This document shows, in pieces, positions 46,887 through 57,418 of a DNA stretch of 64,000 nucleotides; position 1 is the stretch's first letter, and every line of letters starts with the position of its first letter. The notes under the pieces are model-generated. The model did not search any database, was not told where the DNA came from, and saw nothing but the letters and a program-made list of their open reading frames with translations. Source of the DNA: an uncultured Methanosarcinales archaeon (GTDB lineage: Archaea > Nanobdellota > Nanobdellia > Woesearchaeales > ARS49); NCBI GenBank assembly GCA_964550175.1, contig CAZJXP010000001.1, positions 706,774-770,773 on the forward strand, written 5' to 3'. The position numbers were made by a program, and so were the translations under genes.

Positions 46887-47327
46887 CTAAGCAAGCCAAA
46901 CAACAAAGAATCCTGTGAGCGTTCCCAACACGACGCCCCAGACACAGTCAGAGAAGTAATGTTTCTTCAGGAACGCGCGCGTGCTCGCGACCAATAACGC
47001 GACCACAATAAAGAACGTCGAGAGCCAAATCTTCTGGAACACATCCATCAAGACAATGGCGAGGATGGCGGCGCGCATCGAGTGCATGCTGACGGCGGTT
47101 CCGGCGTCGATCTTCTGCCACCAGGTGCGGTAGAGCACGGGCTTCGGTCGGTCGCGAATATAGAATGACCGGACAACCGAGATGATGACGTATGCGATGA
47201 CGAGACCGAGGAACAATCGCCAGAACGTTCCGAAGTCTTTGAGAAGAATGAATGTGGCGCTCGTTGCGAGATAGACTGGTAACCCGCCTAAGGCGCTAAG
47301 GTCGCTAATGACGTCGTCGAGTGACAT
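46887..47327 (-). CDS. PAP2 family membrane phosphatase
   Basis: RDRP, SMHS, STRAFLKKHYFSD. Confidence 0.85.
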   Translation of the reverse strand: MSLDDVISDLSALGGLPVYLATSATFILLKDFGTFWRLFLGLVIAYVIISVVRSFYIRDRPKPVLYRTWWQKIDAGTAVSMHSMRAAILAIVLMDVFQKIWLSTFFIVVALLVASTRAFLKKHYFSDCVWGVVLGTLTGFFVVWLA

Positions 47328-47402
47328 AGCCGTACTTAGGAGTTGGAGGTATTTAAAGCTTGAGGGATATCTTTAAGTAGAGGTTATTCGCGCAAGACGT
47401 GT

Positions 47403-48041
47403 ATGGGGGAAACAGAGAAACAAGTCAAGAAGTATTTTTCGCGCAAAGTCAAGCGTGGAATCTATTCCGCAACGGTCGCGTTCTTGAAAAAGAATTACGC
47501 TCCCGGTAAAAAACTGCTCGACTTGGGCAGCGGCATCGGCATATTCTCCGATTACGCCAAGAAGCTGGGCTATGCCGTTCGAACGTGCGATTACGACCCT
47601 AACTATTGCGTTTTTCCGGATGTCAAAATAGATATCTGCGACGGCGACTGGAACCCGTTGCCGTACAAGAACCAATCGTTCGATGTTGTCTTGTATACGG
47701 AAGTCATCGAGCATGTCGGAAACCCGCTGCACTGGCTGCGGGAAATAAATCGAGTCTTGAAGCCTGGCGGAGTGGTCATTGTTTCAACTCCGAACCTGTT
47801 GAACTGGAAGCAGAAGCTTTGGTTCGTTTTCACGTCGTTCTTTGTCACGCACGCGATCGCCAAGAAACCCGGCGACCATATCACGCACATCACGCCGCAG
47901 TTCCTAAACTATTTCATGAACATCGAAGGGTTTGAGACGCACACGTTCTACGCGAACTCGTACGTTCCGTTCACTTCAATCAAGACGCCGAATTCTGCGC
48001 TGCTTTCCGACACGGTTTTTGTTGTCGGGAAGAAAAAGTAA
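47403..48041 (+). CDS. Class I SAM-dependent methyltransferase (type 11)
   Basis: LDLGSGIG, SFDVV..EVIEH, RVLKPGG..STPN. Confidence 0.88.
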   Translation: MGETEKQVKKYFSRKVKRGIYSATVAFLKKNYAPGKKLLDLGSGIGIFSDYAKKLGYAVRTCDYDPNYCVFPDVKIDICDGDWNPLPYKNQSFDVVLYTEVIEHVGNPLHWLREINRVLKPGGVVIVSTPNLLNWKQKLWFVFTSFFVTHAIAKKPGDHITHITPQFLNYFMNIEGFETHTFYANSYVPFTSIKTPNSALLSDTVFVVGKKK

Positions 48042-48056
48042 CTAGCATACAATAAA

Positions 48057-48129
48057 TAGCCCCACCCGGATTCGAACCGGGGTCCGGTGGTCCAAAGCCA
48101 CCTATCCTTGACCGCTAGACGATGGGGCT
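48057..48129 (-). tRNA. tRNA-Gln(TTG)
   Basis: AGCCCCA/TGGGGCT; GGTGG-CT-TTG-GA-CCACC; GTTCGAATC. Confidence 0.95.
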
Positions 48130-48227
48130 GGCGATACGTTTCCGTTCTCAAGACGCTTTAAAAAGGTTGCGTGAATAAGTTTTGCAGTTGCACAAAGATT
48201 AAGAATGAGCGGTCGTCCTGCAAAACC

Positions 48228-48995
48228 ATGATGAAGGGAATCATTCTCGCGGCGGGAAGAGGGTCGCGGATGCATCCGCACACCCACGCGACCAACAAGT
48301 GTTTGCTGCCCGTAGGCGACGTGCCAATGATCGTGCATCCGCTTAAGTGCCTGATCAACGCGGGCATCCGCGAGATATGCATCGTGACTGGCGGAGACCA
48401 CTTCGACGCGATCGCAAAACTATTGGGCTCAGGCCAAGACCTGAAGCATCTTGGAATCACCGTCCCTGTCTCGCTCGCGTACCGCGTGCAGGACAGCCCG
48501 CGCGGAAGCGCGGACGCCATCGGACTCGCGCGGATGGTCGTGGGCGAGAATGCTGTCGCGGTCCTGTTCGGCGACAACATCTATCAGGATTCGCAGGTTC
48601 TTAATGACGCGGTGGCGAGCTATGTCTCCGGCGGGCATATCTTCCTCAAAGAGGTCCCCGATGAACTCTTGTTCGAGGACAATAAAGGAATACGCAAGGC
48701 GAAGTACGGCATGGCGACGCTTCAAGGCGACAAAGTCATCAACATCGAGGAAAAGCCACAGCACCCGAAAAGCAATTTCGCGGTCACCGGAGCTTATCTT
48801 TATGACAAAGATGTTTTTGACGTGGTTTCGACGCTGAAACCGTCTGCGCGCGGCGAGCTTGAGATTACCGATGTGAACAATCACTATATCAACAAAGGAA
48901 CGATGCGTTCCTCCGTCATCAAAGGCTGGTGGACGGACGCCGGCAGCCCGAATACGTACGCATTGGCGAACAAACTGCTTTGGGAGAAAGAATAA
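48228..48995 (+). CDS. Sugar-1-phosphate nucleotidylyltransferase (RmlA/RfbA-like)
   Basis: GIILAAGRGSRM, GDN, EEKP, PSARGELEITD, WTDAG. Confidence 0.9.
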   Translation: MMKGIILAAGRGSRMHPHTHATNKCLLPVGDVPMIVHPLKCLINAGIREICIVTGGDHFDAIAKLLGSGQDLKHLGITVPVSLAYRVQDSPRGSADAIGLARMVVGENAVAVLFGDNIYQDSQVLNDAVASYVSGGHIFLKEVPDELLFEDNKGIRKAKYGMATLQGDKVINIEEKPQHPKSNFAVTGAYLYDKDVFDVVSTLKPSARGELEITDVNNHYINKGTMRSSVIKGWWTDAGSPNTYALANKLLWEKE

Positions 48996-49442
48996 TTATT
49001 TCTGCGCCGCATATTGTGACGCAAGAAGATCCGTGAAGAATTCTCGAATGCCGACAAAGTTCGCGAGCCTGATTCTTGCGTCTTTCCGAATCGGATACGC
49101 ATCTAGCCATTCGAGCGCGGGCTGGTCGGCCAAGAACGCGCCGTATGGTGTTCGTTGCGCAAGCCAAGGAAGGAATCGCGCAAGATCCTGCGCCTGAACA
49201 TCAAATCCTAATGAGTAGTTACCCCAATGCGAGGATGCGGCGATTTTGCGGCTTCCGATGCGGAACGCCAAGTGTTCCGCTTCGACACGGTAGAACTGCA
49301 CTTTTGCGTCGCCAACAATTGACTCAACCGCGAAATCGGCGTCATACTTCCTTCGCATCTTGGGGGATTCTTGCCAGGGCAGGCTCAAGTCCATCCATAG
49401 CTCTCTTGCGACGCGCTCAAGCTTGCTGATGGGTCTTTCCAT
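48996..49442 (-). CDS. Hypothetical protein
   Basis: ORF overlapping the dph5 end, GAGG upstream of MERPISK. Confidence 0.55.
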   Translation of the reverse strand: MERPISKLERVARELWMDLSLPWQESPKMRRKYDADFAVESIVGDAKVQFYRVEAEHLAFRIGSRKIAASSHWGNYSLGFDVQAQDLARFLPWLAQRTPYGAFLADQPALEWLDAYPIRKDARIRLANFVGIREFFTDLLASQYAAQK

Positions 49443-50181
49443 AGTCTTCCTCGGCAAAATGGCGTTTGCCCGGTATGATGAGGCAATGCACGGGTTTGCC
49501 AAAGTCTTTTTTTAGCACGTCTTTGGCTTTTCCTTGGATGATGAGCTGGGTTTTTGACGCAAGTCTGGCGCAGCCGATGACGAGCGTATTGTCGGTGACG
49601 AGCTTTTTCCCGTGCTTCTTTTCGAGCTTGAACAAATAATTGATTGCGTCATTGACGCTCATGAACTTGTTTTCGCCCGGCTTGAGGTCGAGCAAAAAGA
49701 GCGTGTGCGCGCCGATGGACTGGTTTTCCGCGAGGATTTGGTAAGGCGTATCCGGCTCGAAATTATCGTCCGTGAACGGGATGCTTGCTGTTTTTCCGAA
49801 CTTGTAGAGCTGCAATCCGGTTTCGCCGATTGCGGTCAAGATAGAGGCGTTATGGACGACGGCTGTTTTTATCTTCAGTTCCTTCGCGCGCATCAGCAAG
49901 TCCGTGTGCGTCGTTGCGGAAAGAGCGTCGCCGATGACGAGCAGCGAGACGTTCTTCGTTTTCGCGGGCTTTAACAGGAGTTCTTCTGCTTTCTGTTCCA
50001 CAACTGCGCGGTCAGCTAGGAGAATTTTCTTTCCGTAGAATGATTCGAGCTTTGAAACGGGAACTTGCAGCAAGGAAGTGTAGCTTTCCAAGTACACGAT
50101 GTCCGAATCCTTGACAAGCTCGAGCCCTTTGACCGAGATGTCCTTCTCGTCCGAAAGGCCGATGCCGATGAGGTTGAGCAT
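49417..50181 (-). CDS. dph5: Diphthine synthase
   Basis: IGIGL, YLESYTS, ATTHTDL, GLQLYKFGKT, HTLFLLD. Confidence 0.95.
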   Translation of the reverse strand: MLNLIGIGLSDEKDISVKGLELVKDSDIVYLESYTSLLQVPVSKLESFYGKKILLADRAVVEQKAEELLLKPAKTKNVSLLVIGDALSATTHTDLLMRAKELKIKTAVVHNASILTAIGETGLQLYKFGKTASIPFTDDNFEPDTPYQILAENQSIGAHTLFLLDLKPGENKFMSVNDAINYLFKLEKKHGKKLVTDNTLVIGCARLASKTQLIIQGKAKDVLKKDFGKPVHCLIIPGKRHFAEEDYGKTHQQA

Positions 50182-50218
50182 GGCTCTTTTGTCGAGAGCT
50201 GCCTTTTAAACGTTGTGC

Positions 50219-50638
50219 TTAACGGCGAATCATGATACGCGCTTTTGGATTGTAAGGTACAATGCCATTAGGAAATCGATGCGCGATATCTTCCGTCTCA
50301 TCGAGAAAGGAAAATGAGGGAAAATTTTGCGGAAGTTCCAACATTAATGGTTTATTTTTTGAACTGTACAGTGTTATCACGTGGTCTACTAGGCGATCAT
50401 CTGGCTCTGCCGGAATTATGCTGATGATTTCCTTGGTAACGTTAATCTCGGCCACGATAGTGACCCAGCTTTCCTGCTCCTGCAAGTCGTCTTCTGAGTA
50501 CTGCAAACGGAAGATTCCGGGTTGCGCTTGAGCATGCAGATAAACTGACCTTCCATATGAGCCGGGTTGGTACTTGCCGCGCACCTTTTCAATCATGTGC
50601 TGTAGTTCTTGCGTTCGTTGTTCAAGCGTTTTTGCCAT
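50219..50638 (-). CDS. Hypothetical protein
   Basis: 139 aa ORF, TATA box upstream on the minus strand. Confidence 0.55.
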   Translation of the reverse strand: MAKTLEQRTQELQHMIEKVRGKYQPGSYGRSVYLHAQAQPGIFRLQYSEDDLQEQESWVTIVAEINVTKEIISIIPAEPDDRLVDHVITLYSSKNKPLMLELPQNFPSFSFLDETEDIAHRFPNGIVPYNPKARIMIRR

Positions 50639-50698
50639 AATTCCAAGAAAAATTTAGGAATTTATAAACGGAATGAACTTCAGATCAGGATAAGAAAT

Positions 50699-50775
50699 TA
50701 AAAAAATAAAAAAAGAAAGCCCTCGCGGGCCCTCTTGTGTCCTCCGCCATATTTGTTGGGGGGTACGGCGGAGGC
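50699..50775 (-). terminator. Two hairpins plus U-tract downstream of ftsZ
   Basis: Minus: CCTCCGCC...GGCGGAGG, then GCCC-GCGA-GGGC followed by TTTCTTTTTTTATTTTTT. Confidence 0.6.
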
Positions 50776-50783
50776 AAAGAAAA

Positions 50784-51854
50784 TCAGTTGACGATTTCGA
50801 TGCCGAGTTCGTCGCTCATTCGCGCCTGCTTGGCGGCGACGTCCTTCTTGACGTTCGATGAGCCGGTGATGTACGGCGAAGTCACGCCGGTGATGATGGT
50901 CATCACCATGAACTTGCCCTTCATCTCGTCCTGCACTCGAGCGCCCCAGATGACGTTCGCGTCCTCATCGAGCGATTCGGTGATCAGTTCGCCTGCGCGG
51001 TTGATCTCGTCGAGGGTCATGTCCGGACCGCCGACAACCTGGATCAACGCTCCCGTCGCGCCCTGGTAGTTGATGTCCAGGAGCGGGTTCTCGAGCGCGC
51101 CGCGGACAGCTTCTTCGACTCGGCTGTTCGTGTCAGATGTTCCGACACCGATAGCAGCGACGCCGCCGTTGGTCATGATGGCTCGCACGTCGGCGAAGTC
51201 AAGGTTGACCAAGCTCGGAACTGCGATGGTTTCGACAATTCCGCGGATCATCGTGCTGATGAGTTCGTTCGCGACGGCAAACGCCTGCTGGATCGGGAGG
51301 TTTCCCGCGATCTGGACGAGTCGGTTGTTGTCGATGACGATGACGGTGTCAGATGCCTTTCGCAACTGAGCGAGACCGAATTCGGCCTTGTCGACCCGCG
51401 CGCGTTCAATCTTGAACGGCATCGTGACGGTGCCGATGACAATTGCGCCCATGTCCTTCGCGATTTGCGCGACGATCGGAGCTGAACCCGTACCGGTTCC
51501 GCCGCCCATTCCGGCGCAGACGAAGACCATGTCGGAACCCTTGAGCACCATCTTGAGTTCGTTGACGCTCTCCTGAGCGGCTTCGGCTCCCTTTTGCGGG
51601 AATCCGCCGCAGCCCAATCCGCGCGTGACGTCTTTGCCAATCAAGAATTTCTTGTCAGCTTCTGAGATTTTGAGATGCTGTTGGTCGGTGTTGACCGCGA
51701 TGATTTCCGCGCCCTTGACGCCTCGCTTGTACAACCAGGTAACCATGTTGTTACCGCCGCCACCGCAGCCGATGACCTTGATATTCGCTTGACCGACCGA
51801 GAGGTCGTCATTTTGCTGTGCCTGCTGTTGTGCTCGTTCTACAATAAAGTCCAT
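50784..51854 (-). CDS. ftsZ: Cell division protein FtsZ
   Basis: [31 protein letters not shown]. Confidence 0.97.
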   Translation of the reverse strand: MDFIVERAQQQAQQNDDLSVGQANIKVIGCGGGGNNMVTWLYKRGVKGAEIIAVNTDQQHLKISEADKKFLIGKDVTRGLGCGGFPQKGAEAAQESVNELKMVLKGSDMVFVCAGMGGGTGTGSAPIVAQIAKDMGAIVIGTVTMPFKIERARVDKAEFGLAQLRKASDTVIVIDNNRLVQIAGNLPIQQAFAVANELISTMIRGIVETIAVPSLVNLDFADVRAIMTNGGVAAIGVGTSDTNSRVEEAVRGALENPLLDINYQGATGALIQVVGGPDMTLDEINRAGELITESLDEDANVIWGARVQDEMKGKFMVMTIITGVTSPYITGSSNVKKDVAAKQARMSDELGIEIVN

Positions 51855-52242
51855 TTGTTTTTTCCCCCGTTTTTTGGTTTGTTGACAATGCATTAGCGTG
51901 TGCAGTATATAGGTTCCACTACCAAAACCTTTATATGCAACTTTATACCAATGCCTCTTAGAACAACACGATTGCTTCGCGCCAACGAACGATCGTCAGC
52001 GGTGTTTTTCGAACGCCAATTCGAAACACACGAAATTGAATTTTCCAAACCCACAGTTGATTTTTACTTCCCCGCCAAGGGTCGTCGAAATCGTTTATTT
52101 TATCTCTTTCGTATTTAAACTTCTTTATATACTTTATTGTGTTTAAATATAGCTTTTAAAGGACTAGGCCTACGGTTCTGATGGAATTCTACCTTGATTT
52201 CGCGTGGAAAGGTTTAAAAAGACACCGACGATAAATCATATC

Positions 52243-52587
52243 ATGTTCAAACAATTTGTTTATGCGGGATTGTTGGCAACAATTGCAGGCTGTGATATAC
52301 AATCAACCCCAGCCTCGTCAAAACCTACGTCACCACCTGTGCCCGTGCTCAATGCATACGAGAAAAACACGTACGTTCCCATCCAGTCATTTGATACCTT
52401 TGGTCGTTATGAAAACCCCAATGATGTCACGTATGAATGTAAAGGAGTTACTACGGGAGATCTTGATGGCGACGGTGATGTAGATGTCATCATCATTACG
52501 AATCGCGGATACTTTTTGATTGAAAATAAACTACCGCAAAAAACTCTCGACGCAAAATTAACTCCTGAACAAGAAGATAAGAAATAA
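52243..52587 (+). CDS. Small lipoprotein with FG-GAP-like Ca-binding motif
   Basis: IAGC lipobox; GDLDGDGDVDVII; AT-rich. Confidence 0.6.
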   Translation: MFKQFVYAGLLATIAGCDIQSTPASSKPTSPPVPVLNAYEKNTYVPIQSFDTFGRYENPNDVTYECKGVTTGDLDGDGDVDVIIITNRGYFLIENKLPQKTLDAKLTPEQEDKK

Positions 52588-53250
52588 CTATTTCACTTTC
52601 TGCAATTTCTTTAACGCGTTTTCGGCCCACTGACGCGCGGCCTGCAAGGCTTTCGAGACGTGCGTCGAATACGTGCCGAACAATTCGGCTTCGTCGCTGA
52701 CGCGGTTGCCGTGCTTGTGGAAAAAAACGAGATTGTGAAGTTCGAACTTTAAGGGCGCAACGGGTTTCTCGTCGGAATAACCAATAGTTATTACGCCGAT
52801 CGGCATGACGTCGTCGGGAATAACGCAGGCTTTTTTCAGCAAGCGCTCGTCGAATGCGCTGACCCAGCAGGCGCCGAGATGTTGCGCATGAGCGGCGAGC
52901 AACATATTTTCCGCCGCGGCAGCGCCGTCGAGAATCGCGTACAATTCTTGCCCGCGCTTGCCGTAATAGCGTTCTGACTTTTTCGGCTCGACGCAAATCA
53001 CGATATTTAGCGGGGCTTGCGCCATCCAGTATTGCTGGAGGCAGGCTTCTGAAATTTCGAGTCGTTGCTCGGGAGAAATGACGAGGATGAATTTCCACGG
53101 CTGAATGTTGCCTGCAGATGGGGCGAGACGCCCGGCGTCAAGAATGCGGCCTATCTTTTCGAACTCAATCGGGATGTCGAGATATTTCCTGATGCTTCTT
53201 CGCGAACGGATAGCCTCTAACGCGGACAGCATATCCTCTTTTTTGTGCAT
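52588..53250 (-). CDS. Nitroreductase family protein
   Basis: RRSIRKY, APSAGNIQPW, LGACW, IGY. Confidence 0.92.
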   Translation of the reverse strand: MHKKEDMLSALEAIRSRRSIRKYLDIPIEFEKIGRILDAGRLAPSAGNIQPWKFILVISPEQRLEISEACLQQYWMAQAPLNIVICVEPKKSERYYGKRGQELYAILDGAAAAENMLLAAHAQHLGACWVSAFDERLLKKACVIPDDVMPIGVITIGYSDEKPVAPLKFELHNLVFFHKHGNRVSDEAELFGTYSTHVSKALQAARQWAENALKKLQKVK

Positions 53251-53298
53251 ACGATGTCTAACGAGAATCCGTTTATAAAGCTTTCAGTAGCTCGGAGG

Positions 53299-53495
53299 AA
53301 CTTTTTACGATGAGGATTCGAGGTCCACATGTACATCCGAACCCACTGGATTCGGATTGTGCCACCACGTTTGGAAGTTCGTCGTCAGAGGTTAAAGAAT
53401 CTGAAGTTGCTGTAACGACGACTCAAAAATTTCGAACTCGGTTCGAAAATTCTCGAACGCAACGTTCGAGATATCTGCCGGTGCGAGCCCGCGTA
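53299..53495 (+). repeat. Palindromic intergenic element copy R8 with double-hairpin inserts in both arms
   Basis: AACTTTTTAC[54-nt insert]CACCACGTTTGG...ACTCAAAA[TTTCGAAC-TCG-GTTCGAAA, TCTCGAACG-CAA-CGTTCGAGA]ATCTGCCGG. Confidence 0.85.
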
Positions 53496-53529
53496 GTGGG
53501 AACAGTAACGAACAAGGCAGCAGAGGTAA

Positions 53530-53814
53530 CTAATAACCCTTGCCCAACTCGTCCGCGATGTTCATGCAGGCAGTCGTGAGCTTTTGCCTTCGCGGCTGCT
53601 CGAGCCCCATATAGGCCCGGACATCGTTGATGAGCTGCTGCGGAGCATAGCCTTGCTTTGCGATTGCAGAAGAGAGCTTCATTCCATCCGTGAGCATTAT
53701 TCGCTCCAATTCTTCGATGAGTTTTGGAGGAACATCGGAGTCAGGATGAAAAACAAGATCAATTCCCGTGCGCCGGAACAGGTGGCTAAAATCAGTCTTA
53801 TCGCTTGCGCTCAT
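53530..53814 (-). CDS. Hypothetical protein
   Basis: About 94 aa; GAGGT upstream of MSASDK. Confidence 0.5.
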   Translation of the reverse strand: MSASDKTDFSHLFRRTGIDLVFHPDSDVPPKLIEELERIMLTDGMKLSSAIAKQGYAPQQLINDVRAYMGLEQPRRQKLTTACMNIADELGKGY

Positions 53815-53910
53815 CAAAAATACCTCTACAGCACGCTGATTTAAATGCATTATTGGTTTACAACAGTTGCTTTGCCATACTTTTTTATAGTAACATTCTG
53901 AAGAACTCCT

Positions 53911-55692
53911 ATGCGCTACGCAGAATTAGCCGAAGTCTACGAGAAGCTGACTTCGACGACGAAACGTCTCGAGAAAACGCATATCCTTTCGGAATTCATG
54001 AAGCGCATTCCGGAAACTGATTTTGACCATGTGCTGCTCTTGGTGCAAGGACGCATCTTTCCGGCATGGGACCAGCGCGACATCGGCATGGCGAACCAAT
54101 TGGTGTTGAAGGCGATGAATCTTGCAACCGGCGTCGATTTGGTAACTATTGAGAAACGTTTCAAAAAAACCGGCGATCTCGGGCTGACGACGTTCGAGCT
54201 GATGAAAACAAAGACACAAGCGACCTTGTTCAGCCAATCATTATCCACCAAAAAAGTGTTTGACAATCTTAGAAAGCTTGCGACACTTGAGGGGGCGGGA
54301 ATGGTTCAGGCGAAGACGCAGCTCGTGGCTGAATTATTGACGAGCGCGACCCCGATTGAAGCACAATATCTTGTCAGAACCGTGCTGCAGGACCTCAGGA
54401 TCGGGCTGGGCGAAGGAACGATGCGCGACGCCATCGTCTGGGCGTTCTTCCTCAAGGACACGGGCTGCCATTATGATGAAGCGAAGAAAACGCTCGTCAT
54501 CCCGGAAAACCGTGAGAAATACGCTTCATACGTTGCTGCCGTTCAGGACGCCATCAATCTCACAAATGACTTTTCTTCGGTAGCTCGAACTGCGAAGAAG
54601 AAAGGATTAGCGGGACTGAAAAACATTGAATTGAATTCCGAAACTCCGATTAAAGTCATGTTGTATCCTAAAGCGAAAGGAATTGAGGACGCGTTCGAGA
54701 TCGTAGGCTCGCCGGCCGCGTTCGAGTACAAGTACGACGGATTCAGGATCCAAATCCACAAGAAAGGCAAAAATGTCATGCTTTTCACGCGCAGCTTGGA
54801 AAATGTCACGGCGCAATTTCCCGAAGTCGTGAAGCTCGTGCTTGACAAAGTCAAGGGAGATGAATTTATCCTCGATGGCGAGGCCGTTGGGTTCGACAAG
54901 GCCACGAGCAAATACGTCCCGTTCCAAAGCATCAGCCAGCGCATAAAAAGAAAATATGACATCGCTGCGCTCGCGGCAAAGATTCCGGTTGAAGTGAATT
55001 TGTTTGACGTCATCTCGTACGAAGGGAAGGATTTGCTCTTGACGCCGTTTCACGAGCGTCGAGTATTACTGAAATCATTAGTTGCGAAGCCTGAGATTCA
55101 TAAGTTGAAATTGGCGGAGCAGATCATCACGGACTCGGTCAAAGAAGCCGAGAAATTCTACAAGCAAAGCCTCGCGACGGGGAATGAAGGAATCATGGTC
55201 AAGTCATTGTCGGGACAGTACATCCCCGGCGCGCGCGTCGGGCAGGGCGTGAAGGTCAAGCCAGTCATGGACACGCTCGAAGTCGCGGTTGTCGGCGCCG
55301 AATGGGGGGAAGGGAAGCGCGGCAAATGGCTGGCGACATTCGTCATCGCCGTGCGTGACGCCGATACCGGCGAACTGATGGAAATCGGACGCGTCGGCAC
55401 CGGATTCAAGGAAAAAGAGGAAGAAGCGGTCGACGGCGGAGTTACGTTCCAGAAGATGACGGATTTGCTGAAACCATTAGTTGACGGAACTGACGGTCGC
55501 GTCGTTTCGGTGCGGCCGAAAATCGTCATCGAAGTCAATTATGAGGAAATTCAGGCGAGCCCGACGTACTCTTCAGGCTATGCGTTGCGGTTTCCGCGAT
55601 TCGTGAAATTGCGAGAGGATAGAGGACCTGACGACGTTTCCACGCTCGCGGACGTCGAACAGCTTTATTCCGGCCAGCGCGGAAGAAATTAA
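53911..55692 (+). CDS. lig: ATP-dependent DNA ligase
   Basis: EYKYDGFR, LDGE, FD, EGIMVK, LRFPRF..LREDR. Confidence 0.96.
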   Translation: MRYAELAEVYEKLTSTTKRLEKTHILSEFMKRIPETDFDHVLLLVQGRIFPAWDQRDIGMANQLVLKAMNLATGVDLVTIEKRFKKTGDLGLTTFELMKTKTQATLFSQSLSTKKVFDNLRKLATLEGAGMVQAKTQLVAELLTSATPIEAQYLVRTVLQDLRIGLGEGTMRDAIVWAFFLKDTGCHYDEAKKTLVIPENREKYASYVAAVQDAINLTNDFSSVARTAKKKGLAGLKNIELNSETPIKVMLYPKAKGIEDAFEIVGSPAAFEYKYDGFRIQIHKKGKNVMLFTRSLENVTAQFPEVVKLVLDKVKGDEFILDGEAVGFDKATSKYVPFQSISQRIKRKYDIAALAAKIPVEVNLFDVISYEGKDLLLTPFHERRVLLKSLVAKPEIHKLKLAEQIITDSVKEAEKFYKQSLATGNEGIMVKSLSGQYIPGARVGQGVKVKPVMDTLEVAVVGAEWGEGKRGKWLATFVIAVRDADTGELMEIGRVGTGFKEKEEEAVDGGVTFQKMTDLLKPLVDGTDGRVVSVRPKIVIEVNYEEIQASPTYSSGYALRFPRFVKLREDRGPDDVSTLADVEQLYSGQRGRN

Positions 55693-55698
55693 GTGTTG

Positions 55699-55777
55699 CG
55701 TTGGCTTTCCCCGGCCGTTATTGTCATGCCGTTTCGTACGTTAACGACGACTCAAAATCTGCCGGCGCGAGTCAACG
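55699..55777 (+). repeat. Palindromic intergenic element copy R9 (right-arm type at both ends)
   Basis: CGTTGGCTTTCCCCGGC...GACTCAAAATCTGCCGGCGCGAGTCAACG. Confidence 0.75.
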
Positions 55778-55871
55778 TGTGGGGTAGGCTTGCGTTGAAA
55801 TGCATTCGTGCAGCGTCATTCTTTCCATAAGGTATATAAAGCGACCCCGAGCTTTTCAGACGTATTACCTT

Positions 55872-55945
55872 GCTCCCGTAGTATAGCTTGGATAGTACGC
55901 GGCCCTGCGGAGGCCGCAGCCGGGGTTCAAATCCCCGCGGGGGCG
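55872..55945 (+). tRNA. tRNA-Arg(GCG)
   Basis: GCTCCCG/CGGGGGC; CGGCC-CT-GCG-GA-GGCCG; GTTCAAATC; TATATAAA upstream. Confidence 0.95.
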
Positions 55946-56022
55946 TCTTACTTCATTTGTAGTCACTTCGTAGTGGTTAATAATAGAAAGATTTATAAAG
56001 GGGAACTTGGGTTATTGACGGT

Positions 56023-57357
56023 ATGACCGAATCTGAGCACCGCATCGACGCGACGTCGAAAGACTCCCAGCACGGCGTAGATGCCCGACTCGAGAATGAG
56101 ATTCGAAAGCACGCGCTCAACGCGCTTCTCTACATCAACCAGCGCGCGAGCCTAACGACCGAAACCATTGATGGAAAGACCGTTGAACTCAGCCCGCTTG
56201 AATCGGCTTGCAGAGCTATTGCCTTGTCCGTTTCTGATGTGTTCTCCCATACCAAAAATTCGGAGGGCACCATCGATTGCGCCGTGAGCATTGCGCCGAA
56301 ATCCGATCCGAAGCAAGCGCGCGTCTACGCGATCAAGGAATCGGACGACGAACATTGGAAAGACCTCAACGGCGTGCACCATCGACAGGGAGCATCCAAC
56401 TTCGCAACCTACGAGATTCCCCTCGGCGCGGACGCGACGAACACCGCGCTGATTTACATCTGCGCACCGCTGAGCCAAGTTGACGATTATGTCCAATTCC
56501 GATTCTTGCAGGAAATAAAGCCCCATTTAGCGACGACCTTGAAGGTGGCGAACGGCCGCACCAAGGAACTTGACGCTAACCGAAACTTGACGAAGAAATT
56601 CGTGCGCAGCCATCTCGGCAAGAACTATGAGCTCGCCGAAATTTCAATCCTTCCGCCGTATTTCAAGAAAAGCTCGGGGTTGCAGCTGTTGGGAAAAGTC
56701 ATCCAGAAGATGCACAAGTCAAACGAACCGTTGAGCGTCATGATACTTGACTTCGACAATTTCCATGATTATAACGGTGCCTATGGCCACGGTCAAGGAG
56801 ATGTTGCGCTCACACATCTGGGACGGGAAATCTACAAAAATATCGATCATACCCATCCGCACGACATCAAAAGCATCTACGATTATTTGCTCGCCTCTTC
56901 GTGCCCGGGCGACTCGGCAAACCACGAGCCCGACGCGGAAAAGCACTTTAAAGCGTGCGAAGAATGGAAGAACCAAATTGTCGAGAACCTCGCGCACAAG
57001 ACTCCAGGCGACTTCCTCATCAGATACGGCGGCGAAGAGCTCGTCGCGGTTCTTGTCGGAGCAACTCCTCAACAGGCAGAAAGCGCGGCCAAGCGAGTGC
57101 AGCAGCACATCAACGACTTAGTGATTCCCGCGCCGATGAACAGCAAAGCCCAGAGGCTCTACGGCCCGAAGCAGCTGCCCGTCAGCAAAGTCACCGTTTC
57201 CATCGGGGTCAGCGGCATGCTGCCCGATTCGATGATATCAGGTAAAGAGCTCATTGAAGAGGCGGACGGCGCGCTGTACGCGGCGAAAGACGCGGGCAGA
57301 AACCGCGTCATGCTGTACGATCCTGCGACGATGAAACCGCACGTTACCCAAGAGTAA
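56023..57357 (+). CDS. GGDEF-domain protein (putative diguanylate cyclase) with N-terminal GAF-like region
   Basis: LDFDNFHDYNGAYGHGQGD, RYGGEEL, VTVSIGV, ADGALYAAKDAGRNR. Confidence 0.9.
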   Translation: MTESEHRIDATSKDSQHGVDARLENEIRKHALNALLYINQRASLTTETIDGKTVELSPLESACRAIALSVSDVFSHTKNSEGTIDCAVSIAPKSDPKQARVYAIKESDDEHWKDLNGVHHRQGASNFATYEIPLGADATNTALIYICAPLSQVDDYVQFRFLQEIKPHLATTLKVANGRTKELDANRNLTKKFVRSHLGKNYELAEISILPPYFKKSSGLQLLGKVIQKMHKSNEPLSVMILDFDNFHDYNGAYGHGQGDVALTHLGREIYKNIDHTHPHDIKSIYDYLLASSCPGDSANHEPDAEKHFKACEEWKNQIVENLAHKTPGDFLIRYGGEELVAVLVGATPQQAESAAKRVQQHINDLVIPAPMNSKAQRLYGPKQLPVSKVTVSIGVSGMLPDSMISGKELIEEADGALYAAKDAGRNRVMLYDPATMKPHVTQE

Positions 57358-57418
57358 CCTTTTAATAGTAGTAATTTAAAAAGCTCCCAGGAGCTTCAGG
57401 AAGGGGTGGAGATGAACA

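Noticed and set aside
56023..57357. Cas10 or Thg1 palm-domain call
   Set aside because: Motifs fit the GGDEF family (GGEEL, not GGDD) and there is no type III CRISPR context.
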